Position numbers and translations under genes: made by a program
From: a virus
Taxonomy: Duplodnaviria; Caudoviricetes
Length of the DNA stretch: 52,775 nucleotides
Strand: one strand, 5' to 3'
Virus record (IMG/VR): IMGVR_UViG_3300027894_000002
Span: 1 to 52,775 of that record
Shown here: piece by piece, positions 17,294-26,985 of the stretch
How the letters are laid out: every line of letters starts with the position of its first letter
Numbering within the stretch: the first letter of the stretch is position 1
Notes under the pieces: generated by a model
Databases searched by the model: none
What the model saw: the letters and a program-made list of their open reading frames with translations, nothing else
What the model was told of the DNA's origin: nothing

Positions 17294-18631
17294 ATGTCTT
17301 ATACGACCTCAACCCTCTCCATCATCGACCAGGATATCGAGGGCGGCCAGAAGGAATTTTGGTACCGCACCGCAGACACCATCCAGCAGGTGCTGGCGAC
17401 GGGCTACTTTACCGACGCCTTGCAAAAACGGATGGGGATCGGCGACCTGGTCTTTGTGCTGTCGGGTACGCCTGCTACCGCCACCCTCACGGAAGGCGCA
17501 GCGGTGTTCCCGAATACGGTCGGCCTCGGCGGCGACTTCGCCTCGGCGCCGACCTTGCAACCCTGCATCGTGAGTTCGATCAGTGCCGGCGCGGCGATGG
17601 TTGTCCCGTGTCTGAGCATTCCGACCGATCTTGCGGACTTCCCGCGCAACCTGATCGATGGCGGCGACTTCACCGTCAATCCCTGGCAGCGCGGTACTGC
17701 GATCAACGCGATCGCCAACACCCTGACCTATACCGCAGATCGTTTCTTCGCGATCTCCGGCGCGTCGGCCTCGGTGCAGGTGTCGAAACAGGCTAACACT
17801 GACGTTGCAGGCTTTAGCCAAGCCCTGCAGCTGCAGCGGTCCTCGACCGACACCCATACCAGCGGCATCACGCTCGGCCAGGTGTTCGAGACGATCGATT
17901 CCGTGCGGGCCCAAGGTCTGCCGGTGACGCTGTCGTTCTGGGCCAAGGCAGGTGCGAACTTTGCCGCCGGCTCGAACGGTCAGATCACCGCGATGGTGTC
18001 CGGCGGTACCGGCACGGATGACTCGGCTGCCAACCTGGTGGCCGGATCATGGACGACGCAGGCGAGCGTGATCTCGTCGGCACAAGCGATCACCGCGACG
18101 ATGACGCGCTACTCGTTCACGGGCACCGTGCCCGCGACGATGACGCAGCTCGGCGTGATGCTCGCCTACACGCCGGCGGCTGGTACCACGGCCGGTGCGA
18201 ATGAGTGGGTGCAATTTATGGGTGTCCAGCTCGAAGTGGGGGCGCGAGCCACCAATTACGAGCACCAGGATGCTCAGATCGCACTCGAGATCGCGCAGCG
18301 GTACTACTACCAGCTGAACGAAGGGACGACTGGCCAGATCGGCGGCGTCGGCTCGGCGTTCACGGCCTCGACCGGCCAGATCATGATTCCGTTGCCAGTG
18401 CAAATGCGCATTGCGCCGACGGTCACGGTCTCGATCGGCGGTTTCCGTCTGTCGGACGGTGCCGGCACCGGACACTTGATCTCGTCGGCAGGCTCGGCAG
18501 CGACGACGCACAGCGTCAACGCGGTCGGCTTGAACTTGACGGCGGCGGCGACGCTGACCGCCGGCCAGACGGCGTTGCTCGTGGGTCAGACCACGAACAA
18601 CGGCAAGATCCAGGTGAGTGCCGAATACTAA
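17294..18631 (+). CDS. Capsid decoration/head fibre protein with C-terminal carbohydrate-binding-like domain
   Basis: N-terminal WYRTADT..GYFTDA..GDLVFV; RNLIDGGDF..WQRG..DRF..QLEVG..QRYY; Thr/Ser/Ala-rich. Confidence 0.7.
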   Translation: MSYTTSTLSIIDQDIEGGQKEFWYRTADTIQQVLATGYFTDALQKRMGIGDLVFVLSGTPATATLTEGAAVFPNTVGLGGDFASAPTLQPCIVSSISAGAAMVVPCLSIPTDLADFPRNLIDGGDFTVNPWQRGTAINAIANTLTYTADRFFAISGASASVQVSKQANTDVAGFSQALQLQRSSTDTHTSGITLGQVFETIDSVRAQGLPVTLSFWAKAGANFAAGSNGQITAMVSGGTGTDDSAANLVAGSWTTQASVISSAQAITATMTRYSFTGTVPATMTQLGVMLAYTPAAGTTAGANEWVQFMGVQLEVGARATNYEHQDAQIALEIAQRYYYQLNEGTTGQIGGVGSAFTASTGQIMIPLPVQMRIAPTVTVSIGGFRLSDGAGTGHLISSAGSAATTHSVNAVGLNLTAAATLTAGQTALLVGQTTNNGKIQVSAEY

Positions 18632-18653
18632 CGGCCCAGGCTTGTGGCGTGTT

Positions 18654-18686
18654 GCCCCGCCGTCTATCCCGGGCGGCGGGGCTTTT
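18654..18686 (+). terminator. Intrinsic terminator after head genes
   Basis: GCCCCGCCGTC-loop-GGCGGCGGGGC-TTTT. Confidence 0.8.
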
Positions 18687-18704
18687 CCCTTTACGAGGAA
18701 TTCA

Positions 18705-20012
18705 ATGGACGTTGCACACGAGTCCGCGCAGCTTGCGAATTTTCTCAATAACATCGGCGTCAGTCTCTGCCAGGAAGGCAAGCTCGCCGCTGGCATCGCG
18801 GCGATGCGCCGTTCGGTCAATGTCAATCCGCACAATCCGGTCTGGCGGTTGAATCTCGCCGCCTATCTGGCGATGGATTGCGACGTGCATGCGGCCGCGG
18901 CGATCGCGGAAAAGGCAATCGAAGAGGATCCGACGCTCAAGCTCGGCTGGGACGTGCTCGGGCTGCATGCGACGATCCTTGGCGATCACGACAAGGCGAT
19001 CAAGTGTTATGAGCGCGCGGCAGCCCTCGGCGCCGTCGGCGCGCCACAAAGCGCGTTCGATGCGACCTGCGCCCGCCTGCGCGCCGGCATGTTCGCCGAA
19101 GGCTGGCGCGGCTTTGAAGGCCGCGGCGCGTTGCGCCCGTCGTTTACGCCGTCCCCCTTGCCGCGCTGGAATGGCGCGGCCAAAGGTCATGTTTATGTGT
19201 GGGCCGAGGAAGGCGTCGGCGACAAGATCCAGTTTGCGCGGTTCCTGCCGTGGGTAAAGGAAACTGCCGGACAGGTGACCTTTGCCACGGATCCGTCGAC
19301 GTTAAGCCTGTTTTGGGGCTACACGCGCGGCCAGATCAATGTCATCGAGGGGGCCGCGGCAGCGCCCGAGGGCTGCGATTACCAGATCGGCATCGCCAGT
19401 CTGCCCGGCCTCTACGGTGTCGATCTCGATCGTCTGCCGCCGGACCCGGGCCTGCTAACTTATTCGGACGTCAATGGCCGGATTGAGGCCAGCGGCTTGC
19501 GCGTCGGCATCGTATGGGCCGGCAACGCCAAGCACCCGAACGACAGGTGGCGCTCGCTGCCGTTCGAGCTGCTGCTTGAGCTCGCCAGTGACCCGCGCAC
19601 GGATCTATTCAGCCTGCAATGCGGGCCGCGCGCTGGCGACATTGCCGCCGCGCGGGCGCAGCGGCTGGTGACGGACCTGTCGGGCTTGATCGAGTTCGAC
19701 TGGTCGCAATGCGCCAGCCTGATCAAGTCGCAGATCGACCTGCTGGTGACGGCTGACACGGGCGTCGCGCACGTCGCAGCCGCGCTCAACGTGCCGACGT
19801 TTGTGCTGCTGTCGCGGCATTCCGACTGGCGCTGGCTTTGGGATCGCGACGATAGTCCTTGGTATCCGTCGATCCGGCTGTTCCGCCAGGACAAGTTCGG
19901 CGACTGGAAACCCGTGGTGGCGCGCGTGCGTGCGCTGATCGCCGAGATCCATCGCAATCGAGTGTTGTTGCAAGCGGCCTCGCGTAATGCGGTCCAGGCA
20001 GAAATCCTATGA
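18705..20012 (+). CDS. TPR-containing GT-B (GT9-like) glycosyltransferase
   Basis: N-terminal TPR helices; WAEEGVGDKIQFARF; GIVWAGN..H.ND..RS; DTGVAHVAAAL; DWRW..DSPWYPSIRLFRQ. Confidence 0.88.
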   Translation: MDVAHESAQLANFLNNIGVSLCQEGKLAAGIAAMRRSVNVNPHNPVWRLNLAAYLAMDCDVHAAAAIAEKAIEEDPTLKLGWDVLGLHATILGDHDKAIKCYERAAALGAVGAPQSAFDATCARLRAGMFAEGWRGFEGRGALRPSFTPSPLPRWNGAAKGHVYVWAEEGVGDKIQFARFLPWVKETAGQVTFATDPSTLSLFWGYTRGQINVIEGAAAAPEGCDYQIGIASLPGLYGVDLDRLPPDPGLLTYSDVNGRIEASGLRVGIVWAGNAKHPNDRWRSLPFELLLELASDPRTDLFSLQCGPRAGDIAAARAQRLVTDLSGLIEFDWSQCASLIKSQIDLLVTADTGVAHVAAALNVPTFVLLSRHSDWRWLWDRDDSPWYPSIRLFRQDKFGDWKPVVARVRALIAEIHRNRVLLQAASRNAVQAEIL

Positions 20013-20929
20013 ACCCGACCAAAATCCGCCTCAATGGCGCGACCGCACCGCTGACCTTCCAGATGCTGCTGGAAGGCGGCGTCGTTACCGACGACCAGAT
20101 TGGCGCTTATCTCAGGGCCGGTTCACCCTACGAGCCGGAAGTGACGGCCTTGTTTTGCCGGTTGCTGCGGCCTGGCGATACCGTGATCGACGTCGGCGCT
20201 AATGTCGGGTGGTTCACGATGCTGGCCGCGGCGCTGGTCGGGCCGCAAGGCCGCGTCGTGGCGTTCGAGCCCGGCCCGGATAACGTCGTCAAGCTCAAGC
20301 GCAACATCATCGTCAACGGCTTTGAGAATGTTGCCGTGGTGGCGCAGCCGGCCGGCGATCAGCTTGGTCCGGTGACCTTCCACCTTAATGCCGATGGCAA
20401 TGGTGGTCATTCGCTGTGGGATCCGGCTGAGTTTCCGGGCAATGAAAAGTCGCGCGCTAATCCGCGCTCTATCGAGATCGAAGCGACCACGCTCGATCAA
20501 TGCGTGGCGACGGCTGCGCTGCAGCCGCGTTTGATCAAGCTTGACACTGAGGGCAACGAGCAGCGCGTGCTTGAGGGTGCCCGTGAACTGCTGGCGCAAA
20601 GTTTTCCGCCGTTCGTGATCGCCGAGATGCACGAGTTCGGCCTCGCCAAGATGGGCGACAGTCAGGCGACGCTGCGTGGCACCATGGATGCACTCGGCTA
20701 TTCAACCTTTCTGGTCTTCGCTGACGGCTCCTTGCCCGTGCTGATCCCGCCGGCGACCGTGATCAGGTCTGAGTTGATCCTCAATCTGTTGTTTTCGACG
20801 CCCAAGGACGTCGGCCAGGCCTGGCCGCAATTCGATTTGTCGCCGCAAGCAGCGGCGACCGGCCGACCGCTGCATGGCTATCTCGCCGGCGAAGCGATGC
20901 GGCGCGCACGGCAGGGCGCTGCCAAATGA
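20009..20929 (+). CDS. FkbM-family methyltransferase
   Basis: VIDVGANVG; AFEP; LIKLDTEGNE..VLEGA. Confidence 0.92.
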   Translation: MNPTKIRLNGATAPLTFQMLLEGGVVTDDQIGAYLRAGSPYEPEVTALFCRLLRPGDTVIDVGANVGWFTMLAAALVGPQGRVVAFEPGPDNVVKLKRNIIVNGFENVAVVAQPAGDQLGPVTFHLNADGNGGHSLWDPAEFPGNEKSRANPRSIEIEATTLDQCVATAALQPRLIKLDTEGNEQRVLEGARELLAQSFPPFVIAEMHEFGLAKMGDSQATLRGTMDALGYSTFLVFADGSLPVLIPPATVIRSELILNLLFSTPKDVGQAWPQFDLSPQAAATGRPLHGYLAGEAMRRARQGAAK

Positions 20930-21966
20930 AACTGGCGTTTGATTGGGGCGTTTCGTCCTATTACGGCTGGGGAGTCTACGGGCTCAACCTGGCGCTCGAA
21001 CTCGCCGACTCGCCGGTCGAAGCGCTGACCACGCAAGTCGTCGATCGCAAACGGCTGGGCATTGACGCGCTGCGGCTCAAGGCGATCGAGCCTTTTCTCA
21101 AACGCTCGGCGTTGGCGCCGATCGCGGATCTATCCGACGTGCTCATGTTGCATGCCCTTGGTAACGATGTGTTGCCGGAAAGCACGGCGAAGGTTGGCGT
21201 AATTTTCTTCGAGGAAATGCTGACGTCACAAGCCGTCGAACGCGCCAAGCGCTATGATCTGATCGTTACCGGCTCGTCGTGGAATGAGGATGTGCTGCGC
21301 CGTCACGGCATCGACCAGGTCAAGACGGTGTTGCAGGGCGTCGATCCGACGTTGTTTCATCCGGCGCCGCGTTGCGACCTGTTCGATGATCGCTTTGTGA
21401 TTTTCTCGGGCGGCAAGGCCGAGCCGCGCAAAGGCCAGGATCTGGTCGTCAAGGCGTTCCGGCGCTTTGCCGCGCGCCATTCCGATGCGCTGCTGGTGAC
21501 CGCTTGGCACTCGCCCTGGCCGGCGCTCGCGGCCGGCATGGATCTGGATCTGTCCGAATGCACCGATCAGGTGATCGACGTTGGCGCGGTCCCGAATACG
21601 CAAATGGCGCAGGTCTATCGCGAATGCAATGTCGCGCTGTTCCCCAATCGTGCTGAGGGCGGCACCAATTTGGTTGCGATGGAATGCCTGGCGTGCGGCG
21701 TGCCGAGCATCCTGTCGGCTAATACCGGCCATCGCGATTTGCTCGCGTTGCCCGGCGTCCATGCGATTGGTGAGCGCGAAAGCGATTATTGGTGCGGATG
21801 GGGAGAATGTGACGTCGACGAGATCGTCGCCGCGCTCGAACTTGCCTATCAAAAAAACTGGCAGCCAACGTCTTCGGCGGTGTTTCCGTTGACCTGGCGA
21901 CGCACGGTTGCCGAACTTCTTGAAGCCGTCGCGCCGTATCAACCGGCAAAGTCCATCGCGGCCTGA
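20926..21966 (+). CDS. GT4-family glycosyltransferase
   Basis: GVDPTLF; GGKAEPRKGQD; EGGTNLVAME (E-x8-E); ACGVP. Confidence 0.9.
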   Translation: MKLAFDWGVSSYYGWGVYGLNLALELADSPVEALTTQVVDRKRLGIDALRLKAIEPFLKRSALAPIADLSDVLMLHALGNDVLPESTAKVGVIFFEEMLTSQAVERAKRYDLIVTGSSWNEDVLRRHGIDQVKTVLQGVDPTLFHPAPRCDLFDDRFVIFSGGKAEPRKGQDLVVKAFRRFAARHSDALLVTAWHSPWPALAAGMDLDLSECTDQVIDVGAVPNTQMAQVYRECNVALFPNRAEGGTNLVAMECLACGVPSILSANTGHRDLLALPGVHAIGERESDYWCGWGECDVDEIVAALELAYQKNWQPTSSAVFPLTWRRTVAELLEAVAPYQPAKSIAA

Positions 21967-21994
21967 ACTGCCGCACAACCTTGAAAGGTGATCT

Positions 21995-22516
21995 ATGAGT
22001 GAAGCGAAAACTGAGGCACGGCCTGCCGATCCGAAAACCGACAAGCAGCCCGGAATGACTGGCGTTGGCGCAGCGGCGCCGGTCAAGGTTGCGCCACTGG
22101 CCGCTGATCGCTGGCAGCTCGGCGAATTCCTCAACGCGCGCCATGCCGTCTGCCTGCCGGCCGCCACGCCGTTCGACAACGTCCTGCGCCCGGAATTTTG
22201 GGCCAACATCGTGCGGCTCAAACCCGACGATATCATCGAGGTGCGCACCGAAGACCGCAAGTTCTATGCCGAGCTGATCGTGTTGGCGCGCGGCCGCAAT
22301 TGGGCGACCGTCGCCGTGATCCGCGAGCCGATCGAGTTGAAGGCCGCCGCGCTGCCGCCATCGCAGACCTCGGCCTATAAGGTCGAATATGCCGGCAGCC
22401 ACGCGCAATGGCGGGTGGTGCGCAATTCCGACAATGCCGTGGTGCGCGACAAGATCCCGACCGAGGATGCCGCGGTGCTGTGGGTCAAGAACACCGAACG
22501 CGCGCAGGCGGCGTAA
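21995..22516 (+). CDS. Hypothetical late protein
   Basis: AAAGG RBS; GC3-biased codons. Confidence 0.75.
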   Translation: MSEAKTEARPADPKTDKQPGMTGVGAAAPVKVAPLAADRWQLGEFLNARHAVCLPAATPFDNVLRPEFWANIVRLKPDDIIEVRTEDRKFYAELIVLARGRNWATVAVIREPIELKAAALPPSQTSAYKVEYAGSHAQWRVVRNSDNAVVRDKIPTEDAAVLWVKNTERAQAA

Positions 22517-22523
22517 GGCCGCC

Positions 22524-22703
22524 ATGCCACTCAAGGCCGGCAAGAGCAAGCAGACTTTCGTCGGCGATATTCGCGAGTTGATGCACGCCTATGCGGCGAC
22601 CGGCCGCATTGGCAATTCACGGCCAGCGAACAAGGCGAAGGCGGACAAGCAGGCCGTTGCCATCGCTTACCGCAAACGCAGAACGATCGGACACGGGCGA
22701 TGA
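22524..22703 (+). CDS. Small basic protein
   Basis: MPLKAGKS..IRELM..KQAVAIAY resembles a common phage family; ends RKRRTIGHGR. Confidence 0.75.
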   Translation: MPLKAGKSKQTFVGDIRELMHAYAATGRIGNSRPANKAKADKQAVAIAYRKRRTIGHGR

Positions 22704-23356
22704 CCGACAGGCTGACCCTCTACAATCTGGCGCTCGGTCATCTGCGCGAAGGCAAGATTGCCTCGCTCAGTGAAAACCGCGAGCCGCGTCGCGTGCTCGA
22801 CGACTATTGGGACAACAATCTGGCCTATTGTCTCGAGCGCAAGCTATGGAATTTTGCCAAACGCGCGGTCGCGATCGATGCCTCGACCACGGTCACGCCG
22901 GGCTTTGGTTACAAATACGCTTTCAAGATCCCGGCCGACTGGATCCGCACCGTCGTCGTGTCCGGCGAACAGACCTGCCAGCAGCCATTGCTGCGGTATA
23001 TCGAAGAGACTGGCTATTGGTACGCCGACATGACGCCGCTTTATGTCATCTACACCTCGAGAGATCCGCTCTACGGGCTCAATCTCGGTGAGTGGCCGGC
23101 CTCGATGGAAGCCTATGTCGCGTTGCGGCTGGCTTGCGAGAGTTGCGGCCGCATTACCAATTCGACCGAGCTGCTCAAGGGCGAGGAAGGCCTCTTAAAG
23201 CGCTCGGACAAGGCCTACAAGGTCGCGATCGCCAATTGCACCATGAACGATCCCCCGGCCTATCTGCCGCTCGGCACCTGGGCCAAATCGCGCCGCGGCA
23301 ACATGACCCGCATCGGTGGCGGCGGTGACAATCCGGGTGGGAGTCTGCTCGGGTGA
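22700..23356 (+). CDS. Tail tubular protein A / adaptor (T7 gp11-like)
   Basis: YNLALGHL; WNFA; YAFKIPADWIR. Confidence 0.85.
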   Translation: MTDRLTLYNLALGHLREGKIASLSENREPRRVLDDYWDNNLAYCLERKLWNFAKRAVAIDASTTVTPGFGYKYAFKIPADWIRTVVVSGEQTCQQPLLRYIEETGYWYADMTPLYVIYTSRDPLYGLNLGEWPASMEAYVALRLACESCGRITNSTELLKGEEGLLKRSDKAYKVAIANCTMNDPPAYLPLGTWAKSRRGNMTRIGGGGDNPGGSLLG

Positions 23357-23676
23357 GTTTCGGCCGCGCGGTATGTTTCCCGGCCTGTTTCCAACAAGAA
23401 GAAACCGACGCACAACGCACGCGCCGTGAAATGGCGGCGTTTGATGAGCTGTCGCCGGAAGCGCGCGCGGCCTTTCGCGACGCGCGCCAGCAGTTCGGTG
23501 TGCGCGACGTCGTCTCGCTGGTGCAATCGCGCGGCTGCCCGCCGGCAGTCAAGCAAGCGCTCGAGCAGCGCGGCTTGCTGCCCTACCAAGTCGAGGGTGA
23601 CTGGATTGTTGCCGAAACGGTGCGGCAGCTCGACGCCAAACATACCAACGACGCGAACGGAGCAAAGGGCCTTTAA
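23353..23676 (+). CDS. Hypothetical protein
   Basis: Coupled on both sides. Confidence 0.6.
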   Translation: MSFGRAVCFPACFQQEETDAQRTRREMAAFDELSPEARAAFRDARQQFGVRDVVSLVQSRGCPPAVKQALEQRGLLPYQVEGDWIVAETVRQLDAKHTNDANGAKGL

Positions 23677-26612
23677 TGGCGAAAATCAACGCGCCGTTTT
23701 ATTCGTTCAATCAGGGCGAAGTCTCCAAGCTGGCGCTCGGCCGCGTCGACGTGGTCAAGCTGCGGCTCGCCGCCGAATGCCAGCTCAACTGGCTGCCCTG
23801 GGTGCTCGGCCCGATGATGCTGCGGCCGGGCTGGATCAAGGTCGGCGAGATCTACAACGATCTGGCCTGCAAGATGCTGCGCTTTGTGTTTGCCAAGACC
23901 GATACGGCCAGCATTGAGTTGACGCCGAACCTGATGCGGATCCGCGTCAACGACGCGCTGGTCAGCCGTGTTGCGGTGTCGACCGTGGTGTCCGATGCCA
24001 ATTTTGCCGGTGGTGGCACCTGGGCGACAACCGGTACGACGTCGGGGGCTTCGGCAACCGTCGGGTCTGGATTGTGTACGTTGAGTTGCCCGCCGGTCGG
24101 CGGCCTGGCGCAGATCCAGCAGGCGATCGCGGTCGGCGCCGGCGATTACGGCAAGGAACACGGCCTGCGCATTGTCGTGAGCAACGGCCCGGTGACCGTG
24201 CGTGGCGGCTCGTCGATGGGTCTGTCCGATTTGATTCCGCAGAGCGTGCTCGATACCGGCACGCATTCGCTGGCCTGCACGCCGTCGTCGAATATCAATC
24301 TGCAGATTTCCTCGATTGACGCCCGCAACAAAACGCTCACCTCGGTGTCGATCGATAATCCCTCGTCGGGCGCTGCCGTGCCGCTGACAATTCCGACGCC
24401 CTGGGGTGCCGGCGATCTCGCCAATATCCGCTACGATCAATCGGGCGATATCATCTTTGCTGCCAGCTATGGGCTGCAGCAATACAAGATCGAGCGGCGT
24501 TCGGTGAATGGTTGGTCGGTCGTGTTGTATCGGTCGAACGACGGGCCGTTCCAGCAAAGCCCGGCGCTGCTCGCCAACTTCACGCCGAGCGTTTATTACG
24601 GCAACGGCACGCTCACCAGCGATCAGCCGTATTTCCAGGCCGGCCATGTCGGCGTGCTGTTTCGGCTGTTCTCCAACGGCCAGGCCAACCAAGCCGTGCT
24701 CGGCGCGCAAAACGCATTCTGCAATGCCGTGCGCGTGGTCGGTGTCGGCACGGCCAACCGCAATTACAACTGGACGACGACCGGGACCTGGGCCGGCAAG
24801 CTGACGTTGCAGCGCTCATTCGACGGCCCGACATCTGGCTTTACCGATATAACGACCGCGACCGCCAACGGCTCGCCAACCTTCGTCTCGGCGACCGGCG
24901 GCACGAGTGGTACGCCGCCACTCGACAACGCCATCTGCTGGGAGCGCGTCGGCTTCAAGGCTGGCGACTACACTAGCGGCAACGTGACCGTGGTGTCGAA
25001 CTACAGCGGCGGCGGCGGCTACGGCATCTGCCGGGTGACCGGCTACAATTCGCCGACCTCGGTCAATATTGAAGTGCTGCAGCCATTTTCGTCGCTGACC
25101 GCGACCACGGACTGGCTCGAGGCTGACTGGTCGAGCCTGATCGGCTGGCCGACGGCGGTGTCGTTCGTCGAGGGTCGGCTTGGCTGGTACGGCCGCGACA
25201 AGGCATGGCTGTCGTCGTCCGACAATTTCAGCGGCTTTGCTGAAATTGATAGCCAGGGCCGGCCTGCCGGCGACGCCGGCCCGATCGTGATCGCCATGGG
25301 CTATGGCCCGGTCGACACGATCTCCTGGGGTCTGCCGCTGACCCGGCTGCTGCTTGGACGCGAACAATCGATCGCCTCGGTGCGCTCGTCGTCGTTCGAC
25401 GAGCCGCTGACCTCGGTCAATATCTCGATCAAGGACTGTGCCACGCAAGGCGCCATGCGGCTGCCGGCGATCAAGGTCGACAAGCACGGCATCTTTGTGC
25501 AGCAGTCGAACCGGCGCGTCTATGTGCTGAAATTCGCTGCGCAAGAAATGGACTATGCGGCGTCCGATCTGACGCGGCTCAATCTCAACATCGGCAAGCC
25601 CGGCTTTGTCGATCTCGACATCGCGCGCCAGCCCGACACCATGATCGGCTTTGTGCGGGCCGACGGCGTGCTGGCCAATCTGTTGTACGACCCGGAAGAC
25701 GACATCGTCTGCTGGACGCGCTCGCAGACGCTGGGCGTGCATGAAGATTACATCGTGCTGCCGCAGGCTGGTATTGAAGACGCGGTTTATAGCGTGGTGC
25801 GTCGCACGATCAATGGCGTGACGCGACGGTTCCTCGAGAAGAGCGCGACCCGTGATCAGTGTGTCGGCGGCGCGCTTAACTATCAGGCCGATTGCGCCGT
25901 GGTCTATTCAGGCGCGCCGGTTGCCTCGGTCGCACTGCCGCATCTGCCGAATACCGAGGTCATCGTGTGGGCGGATGGCGCCGCGATCGGCAGCGGCACG
26001 ACCGACGGCTCGGGCAATCTGGCGATGCCTGACAGCCAGACGCACAGCAATTATGTCGCTGGCCTGGGCGGCAAGAAGGTGAGCGCGACCAGTACCACGC
26101 CGACTAACACGCTGGCGACGCCGGCGGCCTACAACGGCTATCCGGCCGAAGTGTTTGCCGATATCGGCGCGACCGGCAAGCTGGTCAGCCTCGGCACCCT
26201 GGTGTCGGCGGCGGGCGCGATCGCGCTGCCGAACGGCCAACTGGCGACCACCATCATCGCGTTCTTCGGCTACATGGCGCCGTTCATGTCGGCCAAGCTC
26301 GCTTATGCCGCAGTCGGCGGCTCGGCACTCAACCAAAAAAAGAAAATCGATCACGTCGGCCTGGTGCTGTACGACACTTATTACCAGGGTCTGCAATACG
26401 GCCAGCGCTTCGACAAGCTCGACGACATGCCGCTGGTCAATGCCGGACAGACGACACCGTCTGGAACGGTCTGGTCGGAATTCGAGGAACCCTCGATCTC
26501 GCTGCCGGGCAGCTGGGATACCGACGCCAGGCTCTGCCTGCTGGCGCAGGCACCGAATCCATGCACCGTCGGCACCGCAGTGATCGGCATCGACACGAAA
26601 GAGAAAATTTGA
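23676..26612 (+). CDS. Tail tubular protein B / nozzle (T7 gp12-like)
   Basis: SFNQGEVS..GRVD; YDQSGD; GWPTAVSFVEGRL; 978 aa beta-rich. Confidence 0.88.
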   Translation: MAKINAPFYSFNQGEVSKLALGRVDVVKLRLAAECQLNWLPWVLGPMMLRPGWIKVGEIYNDLACKMLRFVFAKTDTASIELTPNLMRIRVNDALVSRVAVSTVVSDANFAGGGTWATTGTTSGASATVGSGLCTLSCPPVGGLAQIQQAIAVGAGDYGKEHGLRIVVSNGPVTVRGGSSMGLSDLIPQSVLDTGTHSLACTPSSNINLQISSIDARNKTLTSVSIDNPSSGAAVPLTIPTPWGAGDLANIRYDQSGDIIFAASYGLQQYKIERRSVNGWSVVLYRSNDGPFQQSPALLANFTPSVYYGNGTLTSDQPYFQAGHVGVLFRLFSNGQANQAVLGAQNAFCNAVRVVGVGTANRNYNWTTTGTWAGKLTLQRSFDGPTSGFTDITTATANGSPTFVSATGGTSGTPPLDNAICWERVGFKAGDYTSGNVTVVSNYSGGGGYGICRVTGYNSPTSVNIEVLQPFSSLTATTDWLEADWSSLIGWPTAVSFVEGRLGWYGRDKAWLSSSDNFSGFAEIDSQGRPAGDAGPIVIAMGYGPVDTISWGLPLTRLLLGREQSIASVRSSSFDEPLTSVNISIKDCATQGAMRLPAIKVDKHGIFVQQSNRRVYVLKFAAQEMDYAASDLTRLNLNIGKPGFVDLDIARQPDTMIGFVRADGVLANLLYDPEDDIVCWTRSQTLGVHEDYIVLPQAGIEDAVYSVVRRTINGVTRRFLEKSATRDQCVGGALNYQADCAVVYSGAPVASVALPHLPNTEVIVWADGAAIGSGTTDGSGNLAMPDSQTHSNYVAGLGGKKVSATSTTPTNTLATPAAYNGYPAEVFADIGATGKLVSLGTLVSAAGAIALPNGQLATTIIAFFGYMAPFMSAKLAYAAVGGSALNQKKKIDHVGLVLYDTYYQGLQYGQRFDKLDDMPLVNAGQTTPSGTVWSEFEEPSISLPGSWDTDARLCLLAQAPNPCTVGTAVIGIDTKEKI

Positions 26613-26983
26613 GCGTGACGTTGCGGCCTAGCCGGCGCGAGGACTTCATCGCGCTGCTGGGAGAGCCGCCAGCCTATCGCTGCAAATGCCAGACGATCGA
26701 GTGCGACGGCCGCGTGATCGGGGTTGGCGGCTTGGTGTATCGGCCCGATGGCGTGTTTGCCTCGGTGCTGCTGACCGACGAAATTCGCCGCCATCCGATG
26801 GCGCTGCATCGGGCTGTCAAGCGCGGCCTTGAAGCGGCGGGGCGCAGCGGCGTGCGCGAGATCTTTGCCGGCGCGCAACAGGGCAATGCAATGGCGGAAC
26901 CGTGGCTGCGGCGGCTTGGCTTTAAGCCGCTCGACGTGCGTGGTGAGGTCGCTTGGGTGTGGCGGCACAAGGACAATGAATAG
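26609..26983 (+). CDS. GNAT-like internal virion protein (T7 gp13-like)
   Basis: VIGVGG; WLRRLGF; TTGA overlap; synteny. Confidence 0.7.
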   Translation: MSVTLRPSRREDFIALLGEPPAYRCKCQTIECDGRVIGVGGLVYRPDGVFASVLLTDEIRRHPMALHRAVKRGLEAAGRSGVREIFAGAQQGNAMAEPWLRRLGFKPLDVRGEVAWVWRHKDNE

Positions 26984-26985
26984 CG

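Noticed and set aside
17276-17294. Capsid-to-head-fibre read-through fusion (the genes are in frame)
   Set aside because: Stop is TAA, the downstream gene has its own strong RBS, and in-frame spacing arises by chance one time in three
18705-21966. GtrABC-type O-antigen conversion or DNA glucosylation cassette
   Set aside because: No membrane or flippase components, no base hydroxymethylase recognised, and located in the virion operon; disfavoured but not experimentally excluded
21961-21972. GCCTGAACTGCC matches bases 1-12 and is inverted relative to 19-30; possible inversion site
   Set aside because: Only 12 bp, no invertase, and fold-back explains the left end more simply
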